A DNA stretch of 64,000 nt, taken from Verrucomicrobiales bacterium (GTDB lineage: Bacteria; Verrucomicrobiota; Verrucomicrobiia; Verrucomicrobiales; V1-33). Each line of letters opens with the position of its first letter. The stretch's first letter is position 1. Below, in pieces: positions 19,409 to 29,416 of the stretch. The translations under genes were made by a program, and so were the position numbers. Below the pieces are notes generated by a model, which ran no database searches, was not told the origin of the DNA, and saw only the letters and a list, made by a program, of their open reading frames with translations. The DNA is taken from contig JANOAV010000123.1 in assembly GCA_031411295.1 (NCBI GenBank), positions 1 to 64,000 of the forward strand. Reading direction: 5' to 3'.

Positions 19409-20146
19409 ATGGCCATCGATCACGAAACCTTCAGTTCCTTTCCAGCCACCCGTTGGAGCCTGATCGTTTCCACTCCGGAGAATCGGGAGGCTGTCATGGA
19501 CGAACTCAGTCGCCTCTACTGGCGGCCACTGTATGCCTTCGCGCGACGCACCGGATTGTCGATCGAGGATGCCGAGGACATGACCCAACGCTTTTTCCAA
19601 GACCTCATGCAAGATCAGTCCCACCTGCTGCTGGAGGCCACGCCCTCGGCCGGGAAACTGCGCACCTTGTTCCTCCGCGTCCTCCAGAGACGCATCACGG
19701 ACCACCATCGGCATCAGAACCGGGTCAAGCGCGGTGGTGGAGCCGTCCTCTCACTGGATACCCAAGCCGCTGAAGCGAGCCTCCAGATTCCTTCCAGCGC
19801 GCTTTCCCCAGAGGCAACCTTTGATCGGCAATGGGCGCTCAGCGTGCTGCACTTGGCCTTGATTCGCTTGGAAAAAGATTTCCACGTGGCCGGACGCGCC
19901 CTCCAATTCACCGCCCTTACGCCCTTTCTCGGGCTCAGCGAGGGCGAGGCCTCCTATGCTGAATTACAGCGGAGCTTGCAGATCACTGAAACTGCGGCCC
20001 GCCAGTCGGTTCATCGTTTCCGCGAACGCTTCCGCCGCCACCTCCGCGCGGAAATCGCGGAAACGCTAGCCCAACCTGACGAAGCAGCCATCGACCGCGA
20101 AATTATGGAACTCCGAGCCGTGCTCTTCTGCGTGCCGTTCGCGTAA
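19409..20146 (+). CDS. ECF-type sigma-70 factor (kinase-associated type)
   Basis: 'FPATRWSLI', 'LSRLYWRPLYAF', 'DAEDMTQ.FF', 'KRGGG', 'FDRQWA', region 4 'AARQSVHRFRERFR'. The ORF track starts at TTG 19349. Confidence 0.9.
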   Translation: MAIDHETFSSFPATRWSLIVSTPENREAVMDELSRLYWRPLYAFARRTGLSIEDAEDMTQRFFQDLMQDQSHLLLEATPSAGKLRTLFLRVLQRRITDHHRHQNRVKRGGGAVLSLDTQAAEASLQIPSSALSPEATFDRQWALSVLHLALIRLEKDFHVAGRALQFTALTPFLGLSEGEASYAELQRSLQITETAARQSVHRFRERFRRHLRAEIAETLAQPDEAAIDREIMELRAVLFCVPFA

Positions 20147-20552
20147 GCCGGATCGGAGCGGATGATTTTTTCCGAACTCAACGATGGCAGCACCCTGGCT
20201 CCGGCCAAACAGCCAAACACAGATTCCTCTGACATTTAATATGCTTAGAGGTCAATTTCTGGGGCTTTCCAAGCTTGGTCGGTGCTTTGGTCCCACCGGT
20301 CTTGCTGGGTGTCGGAACCGGGGGCTTCGTCTTCGTCGGCTGGGATCCAGATCACGCATGTCCGGTGCGGAAACAGCCATCTTTGGTAGGATCGGGACAG
20401 TGAGGTTTGGCAGCCAAGGCATTGGCTTCGGCAGCTAGCAGAATAATCTGCCCCGCAGAAATTCAGGGAGGAACCTGCTGATCTGGCCCGAGAAATATTT
20501 CTGTCTTTTTCGCTCGTTATTTCTGTAATTAGTGAAATGTTGTCGCATGAGG

Positions 20553-21650
20553 ATGTCACCTGCCGCTCCGACCACGGGATTGCCGATTGCTGCCACGCCC
20601 CTTGCGTCGAGCACAGGGGCGGTGTCGGACGTGGCGCGGGCGGGGGAGGATGTGGTGTTGTTTGACCTAGGCGGTGGACGGTTGGTGCGTGGGGTGGGAC
20701 CCTTCCAGCGCGCGGCCACCGCACCGAAAGGCGGATGGGCGTTTTATGTGAATGACTTTGCCCTGAGCGAAGGCAAACCTTGGTTGGTGCCGCACAGCGT
20801 TGACTTTGCCTGCGAGGGTGGGGTGGGAGAGTTGGGAAACTTGGCACTACCGTGGGTGGAGCCGACAGCAGAAGAATTCACGGTAGTGTTTCAGGAAATC
20901 ATGTCGCAGGTGGCAGCGGGAACCCTGCGCAAGGCCGTGCCGGCAGTAGTGGCGAGGGCTCCGTGGTCCGAACAGTTGGCTCAGCGTTTCCTCGCCTCCT
21001 TGCCACGCCGAGCGGCGGATGCGGGGACCTATTCGTATGCGTTTCGACAAGGTGATACCGGGTTCGGTGGGCGCACCCCGGAGGTGTTGCTGCGGGTGGA
21101 GAACGGCATTTTGAAAACCATGGCCCTAGCGGGCACGGCTCCGACGGCGGAGGCGCACAAGTTGCTGGAGAATCCAAAGCTCCTGCGTGAGCACGATCTC
21201 GTGGTGGAAGTGATGCGCGAGCGTTTGGCGGCTCTGGGCGAGTTGAAAATTGAGGCGCGGCGGTTGTTGTCGCTGGGGTTGATGACGCACCTGTGCACGC
21301 GATTTGAACTGGTGCTGGATGATCCGCGGTGGGCGGAGCGGGGAGAGGAGTTGATTCGGTTACTCCATCCCACGCCTGCGTTAGGAATTGCTCCCCGAAC
21401 CGCGGAAACGTTGGCGTTGCTGCAAGGGTATCGGCACCGACTGGGCGTGCCGGATCATTTCGGCGCACCCGTGGCGGTGGCTTGGCCGGGTGGATTGTTG
21501 GTGCTGGTGGCCATTAGGGGCCTGTTCTGGCAAGGGAATGAGGTCTTGCTGCCTGCGGGTGGTGGACTCGTGTTGGGAAGCCAGCTAGCCGATGAATGGG
21601 CGGAACTGGAATTGAAGCGTAACTGGGTGCGGAGGGCCTTGGGCGTCTGA
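20553..21650 (+). CDS. menF: Isochorismate synthase (chorismate-binding enzyme)
   Basis: 'KAVP', 'TPEVL', 'TMALAGT', 'KLLREH', 'LHPTPALG', 'VAIR', 'AGGG..GS..EW.E..LK'; directly upstream of menD. Start approximate. Confidence 0.85.
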   Translation: MSPAAPTTGLPIAATPLASSTGAVSDVARAGEDVVLFDLGGGRLVRGVGPFQRAATAPKGGWAFYVNDFALSEGKPWLVPHSVDFACEGGVGELGNLALPWVEPTAEEFTVVFQEIMSQVAAGTLRKAVPAVVARAPWSEQLAQRFLASLPRRAADAGTYSYAFRQGDTGFGGRTPEVLLRVENGILKTMALAGTAPTAEAHKLLENPKLLREHDLVVEVMRERLAALGELKIEARRLLSLGLMTHLCTRFELVLDDPRWAERGEELIRLLHPTPALGIAPRTAETLALLQGYRHRLGVPDHFGAPVAVAWPGGLLVLVAIRGLFWQGNEVLLPAGGGLVLGSQLADEWAELELKRNWVRRALGV

Positions 21651-23173
21651 TGACGAAGGACCTGGCGCTGGCCGTGATTCAAGAATGTGAACGTGCCGGG
21701 GTCACGGAATACTGCCTTTGTGCGGGATCACGCAACAGTGAGTTGGTCCGGATGGCCTTGGCCTCTGGGGCCAAATGCTGGCACTTTTTCGAGGAGCGCA
21801 GCGCGGCCTTTTTCGCGTTAGGCAGAGTGCGCGTGACCGGTGGACCAGTGGCGGTGATGACGACCAGTGGCACCGCTGCCGTGGAGGTTTTTCCTGCGCT
21901 GGTGGAGGCGCACTATCAAGGGTTGCCGTTACTGGCAGTGACGGCGGATCGGCCGAGCAGTTATCGTTTCTCCGGGGCACCACAGGCGATTAATCAGGAG
22001 CGATTGTATGGCGAATACCCTGAGGTTAGTGCTGATGTGAGTTCCGCCGAGGAAGCTCTGGACTGCCTCTGGGGTTGGACGCAGGAAGGCCCGGCGCATC
22101 TGAATGTCTGCTTGGAAGAGCCCAAGCGGGAATTAGCGAAATATGCGGCGGCAGAGACCAAGCATGACTTTCGGCTGACCAGTGGAAAGTCTGCTCAAAT
22201 AAAGGCCGTTGGGGCGGATCTCATTCTGCTAGGCGAGTTGCTGCCGCAGGAACAAGCGCAGGTCAGATTGCTGTTGGAAAATTGGCAGGGCCCAGTCTGG
22301 GCGGAAGCTGCCTCCGGCTTGCGTCCTTGGCTGGGGGCGCGGCTCGTGCGGGGTGGGGAAGGGACGCTGCGCCATCTGCCCGTGCATTCGGTGCTGCGGT
22401 TGGGGGGTGTTCCGAGTTGTCGGTTCTGGAGGGATTTGGAAGGGAAGCCTGAGGTGAAGGTGGTGTCGGTGAGTCGTTCACGGTTCCCCGGTTTGGCGCG
22501 CGAAGCAAAATGTTTGGATTGGTCTGAAATTGCCTTGGAACCCTCCGAAACAGAGTTCCAGGACCTGTCGGTGATCGATGTGATCGACCGATTCCCGCAG
22601 AGTGAATGCGGGTATTTTCGTGATCTAAGTGAACGCATCCCGGAGGACGCTGCATTGTTCCTCGGCAACAGTCTCGCCATCCGTCAATGGAACTTGGCGG
22701 CGGTGCCATGCGGTGCCGAGCAGCGATGTCACGTGATGCGAGGAGCCAATGGGATTGATGGAAATTTATCGTTCTACTACGGCACCGCAGCGCAGGCAGA
22801 AGAGGCTTGGGCAGTGGTGGGTGATCTGACGGCCCTGTATGATTTGGCCGCGCCCTGGATCTTGCGGCAACTCCCCGCTGCCCGACGTCGCATCGTCGTG
22901 ATGAATAATGGCGGCGGCATGATCTTCCGTCGCCTGCCCTCGCTGCAAGGACTGGAGCCTGCGGCGCAAGGGGTCATTGAGAACGCGCACGAACTCCGAT
23001 TCAAACATTGGGCGGCCCAGTGGGGGATGGACTATTGCCTGATCACCGCAATTTCCGACTGGCCAGAAACGTTGCCAGCGGGAGATGTCGTCATCGAAAT
23101 CCTGCCAGACGCGGAACAATCGGAAGCGTTCTGGGCAGCACTGGCACAACGTGAGCAGGAGACCTACGGATGA
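21650..23173 (+). CDS. menD: SEPHCHC synthase
   Basis: 'GSRNS', 'ERSAAFFALG', 'TTSGTAA', 'TADRP', 'RGANGIDG', 'GDL...D', 'NNGGGMIF'. Confidence 0.95.
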   Translation: MTKDLALAVIQECERAGVTEYCLCAGSRNSELVRMALASGAKCWHFFEERSAAFFALGRVRVTGGPVAVMTTSGTAAVEVFPALVEAHYQGLPLLAVTADRPSSYRFSGAPQAINQERLYGEYPEVSADVSSAEEALDCLWGWTQEGPAHLNVCLEEPKRELAKYAAAETKHDFRLTSGKSAQIKAVGADLILLGELLPQEQAQVRLLLENWQGPVWAEAASGLRPWLGARLVRGGEGTLRHLPVHSVLRLGGVPSCRFWRDLEGKPEVKVVSVSRSRFPGLAREAKCLDWSEIALEPSETEFQDLSVIDVIDRFPQSECGYFRDLSERIPEDAALFLGNSLAIRQWNLAAVPCGAEQRCHVMRGANGIDGNLSFYYGTAAQAEEAWAVVGDLTALYDLAAPWILRQLPAARRRIVVMNNGGGMIFRRLPSLQGLEPAAQGVIENAHELRFKHWAAQWGMDYCLITAISDWPETLPAGDVVIEILPDAEQSEAFWAALAQREQETYG

Positions 23174-23832
23174 ATCGCATCGTGGCCTTGCACGGGAATC
23201 TGGGGATGCCGGACGATTGGCTGGAGTTGGAGCAATTGAGCGGCCTAACGTTCGATAAACGGTGCCTCTGGGAGCCGGGGGCGCTGGAATTTGCGGCAGG
23301 AGATATTCTGCTAGGTTACTCGCTCGGAGGTCGGTTGGCATTGCAGGCGGCGGTGGCTGAGCCGGAGAAATTCTCTCGCGTCATCGTGCTGTCGGCGCAT
23401 CCTGGATTGGCCACGGAGGGCGAACGCAAGGCGCGTCGGCTGCAGGATGCGGTGTGGGCGGAACGAGCCTTGACGCTGCCGTGGGCAGAGTTTCTGCACC
23501 GTTGGGATGCGCAGGACGTGCTGGGTGCGTCAGCCAAGGATCGGAGCGGACTGGAGCGATATCGGCAGGAAATTTCCCGCAGCTTCACCCAGTGGAGTTT
23601 GGGCCGCCAAGCCGATCTTCGCGATGGCTTGCAGCACTTGAGTTGCCCGCTTTGGTGGATTACTGGAGCTGAGGATGCTAAATTTACCGAGCTTGCGGCC
23701 ACGGCTGGAAGCGGGAATCACGTGGCGGTGGCAGGCGCGGGACATCGGGTCCACTTTGATCAAGCCGCTGCGGTGGCTCGATTCATTGTAGCGTCGATTT
23801 CATCGTTAGAGAAAAAGGCAGCACCGCTTTAA
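23170..23832 (+). CDS. menH: SHCHC synthase (alpha/beta hydrolase)
   Basis: 'LHG', 'GYSLGGR', 'HPGL...R..R...D..WA', 'GHRVH'; ATGA overlap with menD. Confidence 0.85.
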   Translation: MNRIVALHGNLGMPDDWLELEQLSGLTFDKRCLWEPGALEFAAGDILLGYSLGGRLALQAAVAEPEKFSRVIVLSAHPGLATEGERKARRLQDAVWAERALTLPWAEFLHRWDAQDVLGASAKDRSGLERYRQEISRSFTQWSLGRQADLRDGLQHLSCPLWWITGAEDAKFTELAATAGSGNHVAVAGAGHRVHFDQAAAVARFIVASISSLEKKAAPL

Positions 23833-23838
23833 GGGGCC

Positions 23839-24483
23839 TCAGGGGCAGAGACGATCAATCGTCCAGAGGGCACCTTGCTTGGTATAGAGCAGGCGATCAT
23901 GCAGTCGGCTGGACCGCCCCTGCCAGAATTCGATGGCATCAGGCAGTAAGCGATAGCCGCCCCAGTTGGCGGGACGCGGGATGTGGCTGCCTTCGGGGTA
24001 TTGGCGCTGCAATTCGGCATAGCGCTCTTCCAGGGCTTCGCGATGCTCCACGCAACTGCTCTGCTGAGAAGTGATGGCTCCCAGGCGGCTGCCGTATGGG
24101 CGCACTGCGAAATAGGCATCCGATTCCTCGTCCGTGACCTTTTCCACGCGACCTTGAACATGCACTTGGCGCTCCAGATCCAGCCACAGGAAGGTCAGGG
24201 AAGCCCTGGGATTGGCGGCCAGCGCCAGCCCCTTGCGGCTGGCATAATTGGTGAAAAACGTGAAGCCACGGTCATCCAATCCTTTGAGTAACAACGTGCG
24301 AGTGGAGGGTTGACCCTCTGGAGTTACGGTGCCCAGCACGAAGGCGTTTGGTTCCTTGAGTTGCGCCTGCTGGGCTTCATGAAACCACGTGCGGAATTGG
24401 GCAAAAGGGTCAGCGCTAACTTCGTTGCGCCGCAACGAGGCAAGGCGGTAGTCTTCACGGAGATGGGTCAGAGAGGAGTTCAT
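23839..24483 (-). CDS. pdxH: Pyridoxamine 5'-phosphate oxidase
   Basis: 'LREDY', 'RTLLLKG', 'FFTNYASRKG', 'WGGYRL', 'EFWQGRSSRLHDR'. Confidence 0.96.
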   Translation of the reverse strand: MNSSLTHLREDYRLASLRRNEVSADPFAQFRTWFHEAQQAQLKEPNAFVLGTVTPEGQPSTRTLLLKGLDDRGFTFFTNYASRKGLALAANPRASLTFLWLDLERQVHVQGRVEKVTDEESDAYFAVRPYGSRLGAITSQQSSCVEHREALEERYAELQRQYPEGSHIPRPANWGGYRLLPDAIEFWQGRSSRLHDRLLYTKQGALWTIDRLCP

Positions 24484-24537
24484 AAAGTAAGTGAAAATTG
24501 TGTTTGGCGTTTGGTGGAATCGTTTCCATGATCCGGT

Positions 24538-25074
24538 GTGCAATCCAATATCCAAAAAATCCTATTTCACGAAACCACGATCCACAAGCGCCTTGACGAA
24601 CTAGGTCATGCGATGACGCAGGATTACCGTGGACAGAACCTGACCGTCGTCGCCATTCTCCATGGAGGCATCGTCCTCGTGGCGGACCTCCTGCGGCGGA
24701 TTCAATTGCCTCTGAAGATGGAATGCATCTCGGTATCCAGCTACCATGGGGCCACCGAGAGTTCTGGAGTGGTCACGTTTAATCAGGCCAAGCTGCCAGA
24801 CTTCTCGGGAGAGCACGTGCTGGTAGTGGATGATATCCTGGATAGCGGTCGCACCCTTCATGCGATTGCCAAGCGGCTTAAGGAGGAATGCAATGCGGTT
24901 AGTGTGAAATCCTGCGTGCTCCTGAGTAAACGTAAACAACGCTCTGCGGAAGTAGAGGCGGACTACGTGGGCTTTGAAATTGACGACGAATTTGTGGTTG
25001 GCTACGGATTGGATTACGCGGGGCGTTACCGCAATCTGCCGTTTATCGGCATTCTGAAACCAGAGGCCATATGA
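24538..25074 (+). CDS. hpt: Hypoxanthine phosphoribosyltransferase
   Basis: PRPP motif 'VLVVDDILDSGRTL'; 'FVVGYGLDY...YRNLP'. Confidence 0.95.
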   Translation: MQSNIQKILFHETTIHKRLDELGHAMTQDYRGQNLTVVAILHGGIVLVADLLRRIQLPLKMECISVSSYHGATESSGVVTFNQAKLPDFSGEHVLVVDDILDSGRTLHAIAKRLKEECNAVSVKSCVLLSKRKQRSAEVEADYVGFEIDDEFVVGYGLDYAGRYRNLPFIGILKPEAI

Positions 25075-25316
25075 CCTGCCGGATTCTGTTTTTCTCGACG
25101 CTGAAAGACTGTGTGGGCACGGGGGAAATGGTATGGCCACTGGATGCTCCCATGCCGGTGGGCGAGCTTTACAGCGCGCTAAGCGAGAAATTCCCGCCGC
25201 TGGCGAAATGGCGTCCAGCCTTGCTCATGGCTGTTAATCAAGCTTATGTCACGGCGGACGAGTTGGTGAATTCCGGTGATGAAGTCGCCTTCATGCCTCC
25301 GGTGCAGGGAGGTTAG
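25071..25316 (+). CDS. moaD: MoaD/ThiS-family sulfur carrier
   Basis: 81 aa; 'AVNQ.Y', 'GDEVAFMPPVQGG' ending in Gly-Gly. Confidence 0.85.
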   Translation: MTCRILFFSTLKDCVGTGEMVWPLDAPMPVGELYSALSEKFPPLAKWRPALLMAVNQAYVTADELVNSGDEVAFMPPVQGG

Positions 25317-26228
25317 TTAGTCGATGTAGCGGCGGGTGATGTCGGCATAGGCGTCGATCCGACGATCGCGCAGGAAGGGCCAGACTTGGCGTTGTTCCTC
25401 CACTTGGGCCAGATCTACTTCCACCACGAGGACTTCCTCTTGATCGGTGGAGGCTTGCGCAATCAAGGCTCCGCTGGGATCCGCTACGAAGCTGCGGCCC
25501 CAGAATTCCAGGCCGGGTTCGCCTTCGGGCGTTTCATAGCCGATGCGGTTGACGCTGGCAACATAGCAGCCGTTAGCCACTGCGTGGCTGCGCTGGATGA
25601 CTTCCCACGAGGCGTATTGGCGCTCGCCATGCGCCGCTTTCTCTGCGGGCATCCAACCGATGGCGGTAGGGTAGAACAAGATCTGCGCGCCCTGCATGGC
25701 GGTGAGTCGGGCTCCTTCAGGATACCATTGATCCCAGCAAATGAGGACTCCAATGCGGCCGAATTTGGTGTCCCAAGCCTTGAAGCCCAGATCGCCCGGG
25801 GTAAAATAAAATTTCTCGAGGAACTGGGGATCATCTGGGATGTGCATCTTCCGGTAAATTCCCAACTGGGAGCCATCGGCATCAAAGATGACCACGGAAT
25901 TATGATAGAGTCCGGCGGCCCGTCGCTCGAAGATCGGCACAATAAGCACGATGCCCAGTTCGCCCGCCAGCTTCCCGAGCCTCTTGGTGGTTGGCCCGGG
26001 AATGGGTTCGGCCATCGCGAAATACGCGTGCTTTTCGGCTTGGCAGAAATAGAGGCCGGCAAATAGTTCCTGCAAACAGACGATGTTAGCGCCTTGTTTG
26101 GCGGCGGTCCGGATTTTGGCTTCGGTCTTCTTGACATTCGCTGCCACATCAGCGGAGCATGCGGTCTGCACGAGACCGAGTTTGATCTTCGTTTTGGATT
26201 TGGAGGAGGGAGTTTGCGCTTTTGCCAT
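25317..26228 (-). CDS. Carbon-nitrogen hydrolase (N-carbamoylputrescine amidohydrolase-like)
   Basis: E-K-C triad in 'LQELF', 'YRKMHIPDDP', 'ICWDQWYPE'; C-terminal 'WPFLRDRRID'. Confidence 0.9.
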   Translation of the reverse strand: MAKAQTPSSKSKTKIKLGLVQTACSADVAANVKKTEAKIRTAAKQGANIVCLQELFAGLYFCQAEKHAYFAMAEPIPGPTTKRLGKLAGELGIVLIVPIFERRAAGLYHNSVVIFDADGSQLGIYRKMHIPDDPQFLEKFYFTPGDLGFKAWDTKFGRIGVLICWDQWYPEGARLTAMQGAQILFYPTAIGWMPAEKAAHGERQYASWEVIQRSHAVANGCYVASVNRIGYETPEGEPGLEFWGRSFVADPSGALIAQASTDQEEVLVVEVDLAQVEEQRQVWPFLRDRRIDAYADITRRYID

Positions 26229-26422
26229 GGCCTGCATTCAACCCAGCCCCAGATCGGGCGCAAGGCGCATTTCTGGGATACTCGGAGACGGCGGATGGTT
26301 CCTGACCGCTGCCGCTGTTCCGCCCTGACTGCCAACCAGGACAGCGCGACCTCTCAAGCATGGGGTTGTCGTTCTATCGGAGGGATCGCGCCAGCGAATA
26401 CCTTCTCGCCTGGAGTTATGCC

Positions 26423-27337
26423 TTAGGATGCGTCCAAGGCGAGTAATTCCACGGCGGCCGCTTTGATCTCCTCTTGGAGCGAGGACTCCAGATCGGCCAA
26501 GAGTGGGAGCATTGGACCAGTGGCGGCAACGTTCGCCAAATTAACGGCGTGATGCAGCACGGGGATGGGCCCGTGGTTGTTGCGGAGGTCTTCTAATGGG
26601 AGGTAAATTTTACGAATTGCATCAGCGCGCGCCCAATCTCCTGCTTTCGCGGCAGCAAGCATGGCCATGGAGAGTTTGGGGGCCACGCAGATGCAGCCGG
26701 AGGTGAAGCCGCCGAGTTTGAAATCGCGCAGATGCACGATGACCGGTTGCTCACCCATGCCGCTGATGATCATGTTGGGATCGACTTGCTGCACGAGGTC
26801 TTGGAGGAAGGGGTCGTTGGCTTCATCTGGACGCACCACGGCGTATTTGATCCATGAAATGCAACCGTCCCGCACAAGTTTGGCGACATCCGCCACGGTG
26901 GTGTAACCGTCGTTTTTGATATACAACACGGCCGGAATGCCAGCCTTGTCGGTGAATTTCCTAACGCTGGTAGCCACGCCAGCAGGCACTGCGGGTTGCA
27001 GGGTGGGGAGGATCATGGCCGTGGGGTAGTTCCGGCTGCGGAACAGGCTGGCCTGATCCATCATGGTGCCGTAATACGGTCCGACCGACGGGATGATCAC
27101 CGTTTCTGGGCCGGCGGCTGCGGCTAGTTCATCCAGCAATTGGGGGTATTCCGAGGGGGCGGTGTTGTAGAGGTTAGCGTTTCCTCCGTAGAGCATGATC
27201 CGCACGCCGCCACGCTCCAAATGTTGGATCTGATGTTGGTTGGCCTCCGGATTCAACGTGAAGTCGGTGTTCCGGCACAGCGGGGGCACGGAAATGACGG
27301 AGGTGGCGAGATCGGTTAGGGTGAGGGTGGATTTCAT
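26423..27337 (-). CDS. Dihydrodipicolinate synthase-family (class I aldolase-like) protein
   Basis: 'LYGGNAN', 'VLYIK', 'WIKYAV' Schiff-base lysine region, 'GFTSG'. Confidence 0.8.
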   Translation of the reverse strand: MKSTLTLTDLATSVISVPPLCRNTDFTLNPEANQHQIQHLERGGVRIMLYGGNANLYNTAPSEYPQLLDELAAAAGPETVIIPSVGPYYGTMMDQASLFRSRNYPTAMILPTLQPAVPAGVATSVRKFTDKAGIPAVLYIKNDGYTTVADVAKLVRDGCISWIKYAVVRPDEANDPFLQDLVQQVDPNMIISGMGEQPVIVHLRDFKLGGFTSGCICVAPKLSMAMLAAAKAGDWARADAIRKIYLPLEDLRNNHGPIPVLHHAVNLANVAATGPMLPLLADLESSLQEEIKAAAVELLALDAS

Positions 27338-27363
27338 GGGGTTTTGGAAGGGCGGCTGGAAAG

Positions 27364-28242
27364 CTAGTATTGGCGGTCTAAAAGGTGGTCCGCCAGTCCG
27401 CGAAGATGGAATCCTTGTTCGCCAAAGAGATCCAGTGCATCGTGGGCGGTTTTGGTTAACCGATGTGCTTCATTGCGCGAGGCTTCGAGGCCGAGGATGC
27501 TGGGGTAGGTGGACTTCTCAGCGATGAGGTCCTTGCCGGCGGTTTTGCCGAGTTCAGCGGAGGTCTTAGTGACATCCAGAATATCATCGATGATCTGAAA
27601 CGCCAATCCGGCCGCCTGCCCAAATGCGGTGAGGGCCGCCAATTGAGCCTCGGTGGCTCCGCCCACCATGCCGCCGAGGCGCAGGCAGACGGTCAGCATG
27701 GCCATGGTCTTGCCTTGATGAATTGATTTCAGGTGCTCGAAGGAAACTTTCTTTCCTTCCGCTTCCAAGTCCATCACCTGACCGCCCACGAGCCACTTGC
27801 TGCTGGCGGCCTGGGCCAGTTCGCGCACGAGATCGGTGTGGGTGTAGGGGGCGGCCGCGGGTGATTTCAAGACCAGCTCGAATGCCAGTGGCTGCAGGGC
27901 GTCTCCCGCTAGCAGGGCAATGGCTTCGCCATAGACTTTGTGACAGGTAGGATTGCCCCGGCGGAAATCATCGTTGTCCATGCAGGGCAGGTCATCGTGA
28001 ATCAGGGAATAGGTGTGAATGCATTCCACGGCACAAGCCGCTCCCAGAGCATCGTCGGCGTTTCCTCCGCAAGCTTCCGTGGCGGCCAGAGTGAGGATGG
28101 GGCGCAGGCGTTTCCCGCCGGCAAACATGCTGTGGCGCATGGCTGCATGGAGCGTGGCTGGCTGCGTGTCCGCAGCAGGGAGGAATTTTTCCAACGCGGC
28201 TTCGATGGTCGCGTGGGTCGCTTTGATGTAGGCTGGGAGCAT
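27364..28242 (-). CDS. ispA: Farnesyl/geranylgeranyl diphosphate synthase
   Basis: 'GGKRLRP', 'DDLPCMDNDDFRRG', 'FQIIDDILD', 'GKTAGKD'. Confidence 0.93.
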   Translation of the reverse strand: MLPAYIKATHATIEAALEKFLPAADTQPATLHAAMRHSMFAGGKRLRPILTLAATEACGGNADDALGAACAVECIHTYSLIHDDLPCMDNDDFRRGNPTCHKVYGEAIALLAGDALQPLAFELVLKSPAAAPYTHTDLVRELAQAASSKWLVGGQVMDLEAEGKKVSFEHLKSIHQGKTMAMLTVCLRLGGMVGGATEAQLAALTAFGQAAGLAFQIIDDILDVTKTSAELGKTAGKDLIAEKSTYPSILGLEASRNEAHRLTKTAHDALDLFGEQGFHLRGLADHLLDRQY

Positions 28243-28321
28243 GGCAGGAAAGGAGTCGGGGCGGCCCGCCCCGATGATTGTTATTGTGAGGATGAAGGGG
28301 CGAGCCGCCCCTTCTCCTTTG

Positions 28322-29314
28322 CTAGAGTAGTTCCGCAATCTGCACGGCGTTCAGGGCTGCGCCCTTCAGCAACTGATCGCCCACGACCCAGAAGGCGAGG
28401 CCATTGTCCAGAGCGCAATCGAGGCGGAGTCGGCCGACCTGGCAATTGTCCTTGCCTGCGACATGCAGCGGCAAGGGATAAAGTTTCTGGGAGGGATCGT
28501 CCACGATGTCCAGGCCGGGGGCCTTGGAAAGAACGTCGTAAGCGGCCGCCAGCGTGACCGGCTTGGTAAACTCAGCATTGATGGCAATGCTGTGCGCCCG
28601 GAAGACCGGCACGCGCACGCAGGTCACAGAGGCGCGGAAGTCTGGCAGATGCATGATCTTCTGGCCTTCGTTTTCCATTTTCATTTCTTCCTTGGTGTAG
28701 CCATTAGAGAGGAACGAATCGACGTGCGGCAGCACGTTGAAGGCGATCTGATGCGGATAGACTTGCTTGGAGATTTCCTCGCCTGCCGCCCATTGGCGCG
28801 TTTGGCGGTCCAGTTCCTCAATCGCTTGGGCGCCCGTGCCGCTTACAGCCTGATAGGTGGAGGCGATGACGCGTTTCACGCCGAAGGCTTGATGCAGCGG
28901 ATACAATGCCATCAGGGAAATGGCGGTGCTGCAGTTGGGATTGGCGATGATGCCGTGATGACCCTTTACGTCGGCACCATTAATTTCCGGCACCACCAGT
29001 GGCACGTTGGGATCCATGCGGTAAGCGGAGGAGTTATCCACGACGACCGCCCCGGCCTTGACGGCGTGCGGGATGAATTCACGGGAGATATCCCCACCAG
29101 CACTGAACAACGCAATATCCACACCCTTAAAGCTGTCCGCCGTGAGTTCCTGGATGGTGACATCCTGCCCTTTAAACTTCAGTTTCTTGCCCGCCGAACG
29201 CGCGGAGGCCAGCAAGGTAAGTTTTCCGACGGGAAAATTTCGTTCTTCGAGGCAGCGAATCATTTCGATACCGACGGCTCCGGTGGCTCCGGCAATGGCG
29301 ACGTGTTTGGACAT
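28322..29314 (-). CDS. asd: Aspartate-semialdehyde dehydrogenase
   Basis: 'GATGAVG', 'DNSSAYR', 'IIANPNCST', 'YQAVSG', 'CVRVPV', 'KGAALNAVQIAE'. Confidence 0.97.
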   Translation of the reverse strand: MSKHVAIAGATGAVGIEMIRCLEERNFPVGKLTLLASARSAGKKLKFKGQDVTIQELTADSFKGVDIALFSAGGDISREFIPHAVKAGAVVVDNSSAYRMDPNVPLVVPEINGADVKGHHGIIANPNCSTAISLMALYPLHQAFGVKRVIASTYQAVSGTGAQAIEELDRQTRQWAAGEEISKQVYPHQIAFNVLPHVDSFLSNGYTKEEMKMENEGQKIMHLPDFRASVTCVRVPVFRAHSIAINAEFTKPVTLAAAYDVLSKAPGLDIVDDPSQKLYPLPLHVAGKDNCQVGRLRLDCALDNGLAFWVVGDQLLKGAALNAVQIAELL

Positions 29315-29347
29315 GTGGGTGTGGTGAGTTTATTGAGATATAAGGAT

Positions 29348-29389
29348 AAAAAAGTGCCCCCCGTTCCTTCGTCAAGGAACGGGGGGCAC
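29348..29389 (-). terminator. Intrinsic terminator after rpmB and the small ORF
   Basis: GTGCCCCCCGTTCCTT-CGTC-AAGGAACGGGGGGCAC stem preceded on + by an A run (U tract on -). Confidence 0.8.
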
Positions 29390-29416
29390 GACGACGAAGG
29401 TTAGGTTAGTGAAGAA

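Noticed and set aside
20245..20530. Possible small - strand gene between the ECF sigma and menF
   Set aside because: No frame has both a credible start and a recognisable product; the listed ORF overlaps menF.
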